Below, one piece after another: positions 51,190-60,037 of a stretch of 62,694 bases of DNA (positions are counted from its first letter, which is position 1; every line of letters begins with the position of its first letter). Location of the stretch: contig JAZGDL010000332.1 in assembly GCA_036477795.1 (NCBI GenBank), positions 1 to 62,694 of the forward strand, given 5' to 3'. The DNA is from Phycisphaerae bacterium. Lineage in GTDB: Bacteria; Planctomycetota; Phycisphaerae; UBA1845. The position numbers were made by a program, and so were the translations under genes. Below the pieces are notes generated by a model that was not told the DNA's origin, did no database searches, and saw only the letters and a list, made by a program, of their open reading frames with translations.

Positions 51190-51450
51190 ATGACGTTCAG
51201 GTTGACACGCCATGCTGAGGAGGAGCTGAAGAGGCGGATGATCCCGCGTGAGTTGTTGGATTCGGTGCTGGAGAATCCCCAGCAGGTTGTGCCCGAGTAT
51301 GGCGGGAAGAAGGCCTACCAGTCGAAACTCGACTTCGGAGGTGGTAAAACCTACTTGCTCAGAGCAATCGTCAACGACTTGGTTGACCCGGCAACGGTGG
51401 TAACCGTCTATCGAACGACTAAACTGGAGAAATACTGGAGGAATCTATGA
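51190..51450 (+). CDS. DUF4258-like putative toxin
   Basis: FRLTRHAEEELKRR..., VVTVYRT; overlaps the DUF2283 gene. Confidence 0.75.
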   Translation: MTFRLTRHAEEELKRRMIPRELLDSVLENPQQVVPEYGGKKAYQSKLDFGGGKTYLLRAIVNDLVDPATVVTVYRTTKLEKYWRNL

Positions 51451-51671
51451 GGGTAACTTACGATCCTGAGACCGACATCGTGCGCGTCCTGTTCGGCAAC
51501 GCGTCCATCGAGGAGAGCGACGAGGACAAGCCTGGCGTGATTCTGGACTATGACAAGGACGGCAACATCGTCGGGCTGGAAATCCTTGACGCCTCCAAGC
51601 GCATGGATAATCCGCGTTCGCTGGAATACGCCGTAGAGGACGCTCCATCCTCTCTGAGGGTGGGGGACTGA
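51447..51671 (+). CDS. DUF2283 putative antitoxin
   Basis: MRVTYDPETD..ILDYDKDGNIVGLEILDAS. Confidence 0.85.
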   Translation: MRVTYDPETDIVRVLFGNASIEESDEDKPGVILDYDKDGNIVGLEILDASKRMDNPRSLEYAVEDAPSSLRVGD

Positions 51672-51769
51672 TTTGAAAATCAAGGTGTCCCAGCGTACGG
51701 CTCCGTCCTCTGCCCAGAAAGGCACGGAGGACCGCGCGACCGGGCGCCGCTGAGCCTGGTCGTCGATAG

Positions 51770-52996
51770 GTGATGGATGCAGCGATGGAATTCGTGCCGT
51801 ATGTCATCTCCTGGAACCTCACCGCCAGGTGCAACCTGCGCTGTAAGCATTGCTACATCGACGCCTCCAAACCGATGCCCGGCGAACTTTCGACGGCGGA
51901 AGCGCTACGCGTTCTCCATGAGATTGCGGAGGTGAACTCCGAGACTCTCTTGATTCTGACCGGCGGCGAACCGCTGATGAGGCCTGACCTGGAAGAGCTG
52001 GTCGCGCGAGCCTCCGGGTTGGGCATGACGGTGGTCCTCGGGACGAACGCCACGCACCTCACGGAGGATCGCGCACGCGCCCTGGCGGAGCAAGGCCTGG
52101 CGGGAGTGGGGGTCAGCCTTGATTCACTCCTTGCTTGGCGCCACGACGACTTCCGCGGCGTCAGAGGTGCGTGGGAAGCGACCTTGCGGGGGATCGACGC
52201 CGCCCGCCGCGCCGGGATCGATGTGCAGATACAGATGACGCTGACCCGTGAAAATGTCCGCGAGCTACCGGCGGTCGTACGCTTTTCGCAGGAGACCGGG
52301 GCCCGCGTGGTAACCGTGTTCTTTCTGGTCTGCACGGGCCGCGGGCAAGATGTAGTGGACCTGACACCGGAGGAATATGAGCACACCTTGCAGTGGCTCG
52401 TCGGTGTAAAACACGACGGAATCATGATCCGTCCCCGCTGTGCCCCGACGTTCCGCCGCGTGCTGGCCCAAAAGGATCCCGACTCGATCCTGCTGAAATC
52501 CGACGCCGGTCGCTGTATGGCGGCGAAGAACTACTGCAGGATCACTCCTGACGGCAAGGTCACGCCATGCCCCTACATGCCCTTGGTCGCGGGGGATATG
52601 CGGAAGGATTCCTTCGGGATGATCTGGGAAAAGGCTCCGCTGTTTGAGTCGTTGCGGAACCCGTCGCTGCAAGGCCGCTGCGGGGATTGCGAGTATCAGG
52701 AGCTTTGCGGGGGGTGCCGCGCCCGGGCCTACGCGGCCACCGGAGATCCACTTGCCGAAGATCCCTGGTGCACATACGTTCCCGGGACCGATCCGAGCCC
52801 CAAGCGCCAGCGCGGAGAGCGCGAAGAGACCACCATCACCTGGACGGCACAAGCCGAGGCTCGCATCGAAAAGGTTCCGTTCTTCGTGCGGAGGATGGTT
52901 CGCTCCGTCGTTGAGGCGGCTGCTAGACGAGAGGGGCTCGCAAAGGTTACAGTTGAGGTGTTGGATAAAGCACGACGGAGGGTGAGGTCGCGATGA
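51770..52996 (+). CDS. Radical SAM/SPASM protein (NirJ/AhbD/PqqE-like) with a C-terminal PCP_red-like domain
   Basis: WNLTARCNLRCKHCY, TGGEPL, CMAAKNYCRITPDG..PCPY, CGDCEY..CGGCRARA; WTAQAEARIEKVPFFVR. Confidence 0.9.
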   Translation: MMDAAMEFVPYVISWNLTARCNLRCKHCYIDASKPMPGELSTAEALRVLHEIAEVNSETLLILTGGEPLMRPDLEELVARASGLGMTVVLGTNATHLTEDRARALAEQGLAGVGVSLDSLLAWRHDDFRGVRGAWEATLRGIDAARRAGIDVQIQMTLTRENVRELPAVVRFSQETGARVVTVFFLVCTGRGQDVVDLTPEEYEHTLQWLVGVKHDGIMIRPRCAPTFRRVLAQKDPDSILLKSDAGRCMAAKNYCRITPDGKVTPCPYMPLVAGDMRKDSFGMIWEKAPLFESLRNPSLQGRCGDCEYQELCGGCRARAYAATGDPLAEDPWCTYVPGTDPSPKRQRGEREETTITWTAQAEARIEKVPFFVRRMVRSVVEAAARREGLAKVTVEVLDKARRRVRSR

Positions 52997-53703
52997 CACG
53001 GAAGGTTGAATCGAAGACCGTCAAGATGCCGGCGGTGTTTCTGGAGTGGCAATGCCAGGAACGCCAAACCATGTTTGCTGCTTTGCGGCGCGGTGAGCAC
53101 CCGCGATTCCTGGCTAGCCACCTGCCGGTGCTAAGCACGCTCAACAGCGAACCGACCGCGTTTCCTATTCATGCATCAACGAAAGGCGTAGGACTTTTTC
53201 CCAAGGAGGAGCACCTGGCCGAGCATGTCGACGAAATCAGCGACTGTCTGGCACGATCAGAGCATAAGCATGCGCCGGACTCCCTCGACGAGCGCATCGA
53301 GACCACCCTGTCCCTGTACAATCGACCGGAGCGCATCGATCAGGGGGTTTTCGGAGGCATTGAGATCTTTCGCGGGCAGACCTATCGCAATCTGCTGATC
53401 GACGCCCGCGCTTCGTTGCTCTTCACGGGCTTTGGCCCTCAGTACTTGAGCTACCAGTTCAACTGCGACGTGGAACTCGTCGAGCCGCAAGATGCTCGTT
53501 TCGAGTTTCTGCGGGGCATGCGCTTGCTCTTTGAGCAAGAACGATTCCACATCCAACAGCCGGAACACACGCTGGGCTATGTCTTCCACATCCGGGAAGT
53601 CTTCGACAAGACACCACGAGCGTTGGTCGGAGGAAAGCAGAGGGCATGCCCGCTCCGCGCCGGGCCCGGCCCACACCGAAGCCCCCCCCAACCCTTCGCT
53701 TAG
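52993..53703 (+). CDS. Hypothetical protein, possibly an FMN-binding split-barrel fold
   Basis: ATGA overlap; QTYRNL..ASLLF..SYQFNC..EVFDKTP pattern; its stop codon is supplied by repeat family A. Confidence 0.6.
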   Translation: MTRKVESKTVKMPAVFLEWQCQERQTMFAALRRGEHPRFLASHLPVLSTLNSEPTAFPIHASTKGVGLFPKEEHLAEHVDEISDCLARSEHKHAPDSLDERIETTLSLYNRPERIDQGVFGGIEIFRGQTYRNLLIDARASLLFTGFGPQYLSYQFNCDVELVEPQDARFEFLRGMRLLFEQERFHIQQPEHTLGYVFHIREVFDKTPRALVGGKQRACPLRAGPGPHRSPPQPFA

Positions 53704-53747
53704 CGGTGTCGCGTGCGACACCCTGCCGTCTATCGGTCCATCTCCAA

Positions 53748-55115
53748 TCAACCGCGTTGCGGTAGGTTCTCCGGCGACCGCAACCGCGCTTTGAGTGTGT
53801 TCCTGGCTACACCGAGAACTCGGCAGGCTTCGGACAGATTCCCGTTGACCTGATCCACGATGTACTCCATGTACCGCCGTTCCATTTCAACAAGCGAAGG
53901 CATGGCACCCGAGCCTTTCGCCGCATGGCGACGCACAAATGCGGACATCTGGAAGTCTCCCGGCAGTTGCTCGGGAGAGACGGCTTCCGCCTTGCTAAGG
54001 ATCGCGGCACGCTCCATTACGTTCCGGAGCTCGCGGACGTTGCCCGGCCAATCGTAGGCGAGGAGGGCTTCCTCGGCCTGCGGAGTTAGAGTCAGAGGTT
54101 GCTTGCGCAACGCCGCCGCGGATCGCTGAAGGAAGAACCGCCCCAGCAATACCACGTCGGGCCCGCGCGCCCGTAGCGGAGGTACCGTAATCTGAAAGGC
54201 GTTGAGTCTGTAGTACAGATCCTGCCGAAAACTACCGGATCGGATGCATGCCCGCAGGTCACGGTTCGTGGTCGCAATCACGCGCACATTCGTCTGGATC
54301 TCACGACGGCCGCCGACCCGCCGAAACGGTTGCCCCTCCACAACACGCAGCAGCTCCGACTGCAGACCGGGCTTCATCTCCGACACCTCGTCGAGTAGGA
54401 GGCTGCCGCCGTCGGCCATCTCAAAGAGTCCAGCGCGAGCCTGTTCGGCATCCGTGAACACGCCCTTCTCGTGGCCGAACAGCTCGCTTTCCAGGATCTG
54501 TTCGGAAAACGCGCTGCAGTTGAGTTTAATGAGCGGCCCCGCGGAACGCGAAGAAAGACGGTGGATCGAATCCGCAACCAGTTCCTTACCAGTTCCAGTC
54601 TCTCCGACAACGAGCACCGGCGTGTCGGCCTCGGCCACCAGGCGTGCCTCTTCCCGGACCCGCTCAATCGCGGGGCTCTCTCCGAGAATCTCCGTGATTC
54701 TGTCACGGGTACGGTGTTCACGCTCGAGGCGGCGAACGTCGTGCCGCAGCTTCCGGGCTTCGAGGGCGCGCTCCACGGACAAGTGGAGCTCTTCGAGCTC
54801 AAAAGGCTTGACGATGAAATCGCGCGCTCCTTCCTTCATCGCCCGCACCGCAGTCTTTACTTCCGGGAAGGCCGTTATCACAATCACGAGGATTTCTTCA
54901 TCAAGGTCGCGCACCTTGACCAGGAAGTCCAGGCCCGAACCGTCGGGCAGGCGGATATCCAGCAGCACCAGGTCAATCTTGCGCCCGTGGATCAGCCGAT
55001 CGGCCTCCGATAGCGTGGACACGCCGATGATCTGGTGTCCTCGCCGCCGGAGCGACTTCTCCATGGAGGATCGAAGCCCCTCGTCGTCTTCCACGATGAG
55101 CGTAGTGGTTCTCAT
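53748..55115 (-). CDS. Sigma54-dependent (NtrC-type) response regulator
   Basis: Receiver LLDIRLPD; GETGTGKE; ESELFGHEKGVFTDA; FRQDLYYRL; WPGNVRELRN; Fis-type HTH. Confidence 0.93.
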   Translation of the reverse strand: MRTTTLIVEDDEGLRSSMEKSLRRRGHQIIGVSTLSEADRLIHGRKIDLVLLDIRLPDGSGLDFLVKVRDLDEEILVIVITAFPEVKTAVRAMKEGARDFIVKPFELEELHLSVERALEARKLRHDVRRLEREHRTRDRITEILGESPAIERVREEARLVAEADTPVLVVGETGTGKELVADSIHRLSSRSAGPLIKLNCSAFSEQILESELFGHEKGVFTDAEQARAGLFEMADGGSLLLDEVSEMKPGLQSELLRVVEGQPFRRVGGRREIQTNVRVIATTNRDLRACIRSGSFRQDLYYRLNAFQITVPPLRARGPDVVLLGRFFLQRSAAALRKQPLTLTPQAEEALLAYDWPGNVRELRNVMERAAILSKAEAVSPEQLPGDFQMSAFVRRHAAKGSGAMPSLVEMERRYMEYIVDQVNGNLSEACRVLGVARNTLKARLRSPENLPQRG

Positions 55116-57538
55116 GACCGATCTACCACAGACCTGTCCAACCTGGTCTGCTTCGACGGGTCAGTCTCGCCTGCGCCTTCGACCTGCCACGCAGGAAACG
55201 TCAGCGTGAAGACCGTCCCGTCACCCGCGTCGCTGCGCACTTGGATCGTCCCTCGGTGGTCCTCAACAATCTTCTGGCAGATCGAAAGACCGAGCCCGGT
55301 CCCTTCCGATCTTGTGGTGAAGAACGGGTCCCAGATTCTGTCGACGATCTCCGGAGGAATGCCCGACCCCCGGTCGATCACCTCGATTCTGACCCCACCG
55401 GCCGCAGCCCGCTCTTCGACACCGGCTGCTGGACCGAGAATCCCTTCTCGGTCCCCGCTAAGCGCACGGGTGCGAGAAAGGGTTCTCGCACCAGCACACA
55501 CCTTCACCAGGACCTCATCGCCGTGGGATGAGGCCTCCATCGCGTTCAGGATCAGATTCATCAGGAGATGTCGCAGTTGGTCAGCATCGCCGCGAATTGT
55601 GGGAGTCTCCCCGCTTGACGCTACACGCAACGATATCCCCCTTCTTCGTAGCTCCGGCGTCACAAGAGTCGTCACGCCCTGGACAACCTCCGCCAGGGAA
55701 ACCACCTCCATGCAGGGCTCACGTCCCTTGCCAAGGCGCGAAAACGAGCGGAGGAACATCGTGAGTCGGTCCACCTCCAGGAGAATCTCGCAACAAAGAG
55801 ATTGGCAGTTGCTACACAGGGTGCTGTCCTCCTCGGCAACCTGAATCTTGGTCTTAATGGCAGCAAGCGGGTTACCAACTTCGTGCATTACCCCGGCGGT
55901 CATCTGTCCGATCGACGCCATCTTGTCGGCGCGGGCCAGTGCGGTCTGTAGTTGGTGAAGATCATCCGTCTGTCGCGCTACCTCCCGCTCGAGCTTCTCG
56001 TTCCAGGCCGACACGCGCGCACGGGCTTCGAGCAGCCGCTTTGTCATTGTGTTGAAGTCGCTGGCCAACCCTTCGAGCTCATCGCCCGTGGTGACATCTA
56101 CGTGTCTTGACAAGTCGCCCGCGGCGATCTCGCGCGTGGCACGACGCAGCCTCATAATGGGACGAGCCAGGTAACTACCCGTCAGTACTCCCAGCACGCC
56201 CGCCGCTAAGACGGCAACCACCAACACGATCGACAGAAACGCCGTCAAGTGGCGAATCGGGGTGTCAATCGGTGCGCGAGGGTAGGCAACCAATAGAGTC
56301 CATCGCCCCTCCGCGCCGCCGCCGGGTTCGATTGGTGTGGAGGATACAAAGGCGCCGGACGTCTCAAGGATTGAGTGGGCTGGCCGGTGCTCCAGAATCG
56401 CGGAGGCCTCCTCGGGGCTGAAGTCCTGCGAAAGCCGACGCCCCTGCCCGAGTCTGAACAGCTTCCGACGTGCCTCCGATTCGCCGGCGTAGCCCAGGTA
56501 TGTCCCGTCATTGTCGACCAACCAAGCCTCCGTAGCGAGGGGAAGAGGCGCCAGCAGCGATAGCACGTAGTCCGCGTACAGGTTAATCACCACCAGGCCG
56601 CATCCCCGGCCGTCCGACCCGCGTACGCGAACTGCGTAACGCACAACACCGCGGTGAGGGAGTTCTACTTGACCATGCTCGACATTCAGGTCCATGAGCG
56701 ACACGTAGATTTGCCGCGGTTCCAGAGTCACCGCTTCGGTCACGTAATAGCGGTCGCTCTTGTCCTGAAGCCGCTCGGGCGGTACGATCTCAACTTGACC
56801 CTTATCGATATTGAGCCGGATGACCTCGCGCCCGGTGTCGTCAAGGTAGCGAACCTGGTAGTAAGCGCGCTTGCCTTGAGCGAATATGGCAAGTTCCCGC
56901 TCCGCCACGCGGCGCAAGTCGTTCAGTTGCTCTGCTCGGCAGGCGCCTCGCACTCCCGTAGTCAAGGAGGCCCCGGGTGTCGCGCGCGACACCGTTAAGC
57001 GAAGACAAGCTGCGAGATCCCGGACCGGGGCCAGTTCGCTCACGAAACGCAGGTCCCCTCGTACGCCTTCCAGGAATTCGCTGATGGCGCGCACCCTGGA
57101 TGCGGCATCAAACTCCAGGCGCTGAAGCGCAGTTGTTCTAAGGGCCGTGCGCACCGATGAGATCGTAAAGAGCCCCACGAAGATCGTTGGAACAACGGCG
57201 AGGATCACCATGGGAACGACAATCTTGGTGCGCACGCGAACGTGCTGGAGGCGTCTCCGCCAACCCTTTGTCGAAACGGGAAGCGCGGGCTCGTCCAGCG
57301 AGGAGTCGTGCAACCAGCGAAGCAAGAGCACAGTCGCGAGCGCGGCGGAGATCACCGCCGCGCACAGCCATCGCATGATACGGAGCAGATGCAGAAGTTC
57401 CGGGTCGACGCTCCTCAGCCACGCTCGCTCGACGATCTCGTAGCCCAGGAACAGAACGGTGATCGGCAGGAGACATACGCCAAGGGAGCGTAGCCAGGGC
57501 AGTCCCGCGAAACCTGTCGACCGGCGCAGCTCAGGCAC
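55112..57538 (-). CDS. Membrane sensor histidine kinase (Cache-like + HAMP + HisKA + HATPase)
   Basis: LQDKSDRYY periplasmic motif; HAMP DELEGLASDFNTM; HEVGNPL; NLILNA; DRGSG, PFFTT, GTGLGL. Confidence 0.9.
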   Translation of the reverse strand: MPELRRSTGFAGLPWLRSLGVCLLPITVLFLGYEIVERAWLRSVDPELLHLLRIMRWLCAAVISAALATVLLLRWLHDSSLDEPALPVSTKGWRRRLQHVRVRTKIVVPMVILAVVPTIFVGLFTISSVRTALRTTALQRLEFDAASRVRAISEFLEGVRGDLRFVSELAPVRDLAACLRLTVSRATPGASLTTGVRGACRAEQLNDLRRVAERELAIFAQGKRAYYQVRYLDDTGREVIRLNIDKGQVEIVPPERLQDKSDRYYVTEAVTLEPRQIYVSLMDLNVEHGQVELPHRGVVRYAVRVRGSDGRGCGLVVINLYADYVLSLLAPLPLATEAWLVDNDGTYLGYAGESEARRKLFRLGQGRRLSQDFSPEEASAILEHRPAHSILETSGAFVSSTPIEPGGGAEGRWTLLVAYPRAPIDTPIRHLTAFLSIVLVVAVLAAGVLGVLTGSYLARPIMRLRRATREIAAGDLSRHVDVTTGDELEGLASDFNTMTKRLLEARARVSAWNEKLEREVARQTDDLHQLQTALARADKMASIGQMTAGVMHEVGNPLAAIKTKIQVAEEDSTLCSNCQSLCCEILLEVDRLTMFLRSFSRLGKGREPCMEVVSLAEVVQGVTTLVTPELRRRGISLRVASSGETPTIRGDADQLRHLLMNLILNAMEASSHGDEVLVKVCAGARTLSRTRALSGDREGILGPAAGVEERAAAGGVRIEVIDRGSGIPPEIVDRIWDPFFTTRSEGTGLGLSICQKIVEDHRGTIQVRSDAGDGTVFTLTFPAWQVEGAGETDPSKQTRLDRSVVDRS

Positions 57539-57543
57539 TCGGG

Positions 57544-57915
57544 TTACCCCGCTTTCTTGATCTTGCAGCAACCAGGTGCGCCTTTCACCAGCCCGCACTT
57601 AGCGCAGGTTGCCTGCCCGGGCCGGCAGCACTTCGCGCTGCCTTTAATGTGGCCGCAATGCGCGCACAGGTAAGCCGGCTTGCTCGATCCTTTCGTGATT
57701 TTGCAGCAACCCGGCGAGCCTTTCGCCAGCCCGCACTTCGAACAAACTGCTTGCCCGGGTTTGCAGCACGAGGCGGTTCCCTTGATCTGACCGCACCCCG
57801 TACAAAGTGCCACTTTGCCAGGCGCCGAAGGCACCTTCTGCGTGGTCTTACATCCCGCCAGCGTCCCCACGGCGACAAACCCGACCGCCAAAGCCAGTCT
57901 TGCAAATGCTCTCAT
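57544..57915 (-). CDS. Cys-rich lipoprotein with four CxxCGxxKGxxxCC repeats
   Basis: LAGC lipobox; GAGGAG upstream; 16 Cys in four regular units. Confidence 0.75.
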   Translation of the reverse strand: MRAFARLALAVGFVAVGTLAGCKTTQKVPSAPGKVALCTGCGQIKGTASCCKPGQAVCSKCGLAKGSPGCCKITKGSSKPAYLCAHCGHIKGSAKCCRPGQATCAKCGLVKGAPGCCKIKKAG

Positions 57916-58083
57916 GGAATGCACTCCTCTCTCGTTTGGATTCGCGTCGGCGCGCGAATTCCATCCAGCCTCGATTCCGCCGCCCACAGCCAACGTGCCG
58001 CAACGGACACCACCGCCGGAATCACCTATTCACTCTCCGACGGCCCTGCAGGTTCCGGGATTGTACCGTCCAAACATCCGAGG

Positions 58084-58700
58084 GTCACGCCCGGTTGAAT
58101 TCCCGGACTCGAAATCGAGGGGGCGAACCGGAATCGCCGGACGTAAGCGACCCGGTGATTGACGCGTTGTTTGACGGCAGAGGACGATGGATCAAGAAAC
58201 CCGGGCACGTTGAGATCGACCCTGCGGCGTTGCAGGAGCGTGCCGACTTCCCGGTGGTTTTCGAGGACTGCCTCGGCATGTTACCGGAGCTTGAGGCGGA
58301 CGCATTCTCGTTGCGGGTCATGGACGACGTGAAATCCCAGGAGACCTGTAAGGTCTTGTCGGTTTTCTCGACTAACCTATGGGCGATGCTGCACCGCGCA
58401 CGGGCACGGCTGCGGGCGTGCCTTGAAACCAAGTGGTTCGATTTGAACTCTGGAGAGAAGCTTCTGATGCTGCTTTGCAAAGAGGTCACCAAGCTGGTCT
58501 CTCAGAGCCTGGATCGCGACCTGCCGCTTTGGAGACGGTTGGGTTCGCGGCTGCACGTAGCGATGTGCAAGGTCTGCTTAGCGTACAGGCGTCAAATCGA
58601 GTCCCTGAACGAGCTTGTTTCCGACCATTATCGGAATGACCAGGCCGTGAAAGATTGCAACGGTTTTCCTGACGATGCCCTTGAGAGAATCAAGGGTCAA
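58084..58700 (+). pseudogene. ECF sigma factor C-terminal remnant read through into a zf-HC2 anti-sigma domain
   Basis: CLGMLP..AFSLR..CKVL..NLWAMLHRARARLRACLETKWF then CKEVTKLVSQSLDRDL..LHVAMCKVC; no region 2 or clear start; boundaries approximate. Confidence 0.65.
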
Positions 58701-58759
58701 TCCCCAATCCGCGATCCCCCTGTCCCTTCGCCCGTTCCCCGTATACCATTTCACGTCCA

Positions 58760-60037
58760 GTGGACCACTTCATTTACAAAGACAATGAACTCTACTGTGA
58801 GAGCGTCCGCGTCGCCGACGTCGCCGACGCCTACGGCACTCCCGCCTACATCTACTCACGCCAGACCTTCATCGACCATTTCGACCGCATCCGTGCCGCC
58901 TTCGACCGGCTCAAGACCGCCATCTGTTACTCGATCAAGAGCTGCCACAACCTCACCATCCTGGGCCTGCTCAAAGAGCGCGGGGCCGGCTTCGACGTGG
59001 TCAGCCTGGGCGAGCTGCGCCGCGCTCTGGAGATCGGTGCCCACCCGTCCGGTATCGTCTTCGCCGGTGTGGGCAAGACTGATAGTGAGATCAAGAGCGC
59101 CCTCGACGCTCGAATCGGCCGGTTCAATGTGGAGAGTGAGCAGGAGTTGGAACAGATCGACCGCATCGCCGGCGAACTGGGCCGCACCGCGGTGTGCGCC
59201 TTGCGTGTCAACCCCGACGTCGACCCCAAGACGCACCGCTACACCACTACCGGCAAGCGCGAGACCAAATTCGGCGTCGACCTGGAACGCGCTCGCCGCG
59301 TATTCAAAGACTTCGGCCGCCGCAAGAACATCCGCCTCACCGGCATCCACGTCCACCTCGGCTCCCCGGTCAACACCATCGGGCCGTACGTCCGCTCGGT
59401 AACCAAAGCCGTCAGGCTCATCAGCTCGTTGCGCGCCGACGGATTCACCATCGACACCATCAACATCGGAGGCGGCTTCGGTGCCCACTACCAGGGCGCC
59501 GAAGCCCCGTCCGCCAAAGATTACGCCGACGCGGTGATACCGATATTGAGTGACATGGGTCTGTCACTAATCCTCGAACCCGGCCGCTCCATCGCCGCCA
59601 ACGCCGGCATTCTCGTCGGCCGCACCATCTACACCAAAGCCAGCGGCGACAGACAGTTTCTCATCATCGACGCAGCTATGACCGAGCTGATTCGCCCCGC
59701 ACTCTACCAAGCCTACCACTTTGCCTGGCCGGTGCAGCCGCCGCCCGGATTCGTGGCCGCCAGCCGCAGCCCGGACCTCAAACCCCAGGGCAGCGTACTC
59801 ATGGACGTCGTCGGCCCGGTCTGCGAAACCGGCGACTTCCTGGCAAAGGACCGCTGGCTGCCGCCCATGAAACGAGGCGACCTTATCGCCATATTCAGCG
59901 CCGGGGCCTATGGCAGCGTGATGGCCAGCCGTTATAACTCCAGGCCTCAGGCGCCGGAAGTCCTCGTCGAGGGCGACTCCTTCCGCCTGATTCGCCGCCG
60001 CGAAACCTATGACGACCTCGTTAGCCACGAACGATGA
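58760..60037 (+). CDS. lysA: Diaminopimelate decarboxylase
   Basis: GTPAYIYS, YSIKS, FDVVSLGEL, RVNPDVD..KFG, HLGS, GGGFG, EPGRSI, GPVCETGD, AGAYG..YNSRP. Confidence 0.96.
   Translation: MDHFIYKDNELYCESVRVADVADAYGTPAYIYSRQTFIDHFDRIRAAFDRLKTAICYSIKSCHNLTILGLLKERGAGFDVVSLGELRRALEIGAHPSGIVFAGVGKTDSEIKSALDARIGRFNVESEQELEQIDRIAGELGRTAVCALRVNPDVDPKTHRYTTTGKRETKFGVDLERARRVFKDFGRRKNIRLTGIHVHLGSPVNTIGPYVRSVTKAVRLISSLRADGFTIDTINIGGGFGAHYQGAEAPSAKDYADAVIPILSDMGLSLILEPGRSIAANAGILVGRTIYTKASGDRQFLIIDAAMTELIRPALYQAYHFAWPVQPPPGFVAASRSPDLKPQGSVLMDVVGPVCETGDFLAKDRWLPPMKRGDLIAIFSAGAYGSVMASRYNSRPQAPEVLVEGDSFRLIRRRETYDDLVSHER

Larger units (their letters stand above)
29052..52815. repeat. Dispersed repeat family C, CCGAGCCCCAAGCGCCAGCGCGGG
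   Basis: Copies at 29052, 31814 (reverse), 34038, 36147 (reverse), 48611 and 52793. Confidence 0.9.
21881..56998. repeat. Dispersed repeat family A, GGTGTCGC(A/G)CGCGACACCGCTAA
   Basis: Copies at 21881, 27227, 28061, 28660, 30045, 30077 (partial), 48398 (reverse), 53700 (reverse) and 56976. Confidence 0.9.

Noticed and set aside
57807-59402. 531-aa ORF as a single real protein
   Set aside because: It is a composite of the sigma/anti-sigma remnant and an off-frame overlap with lysA
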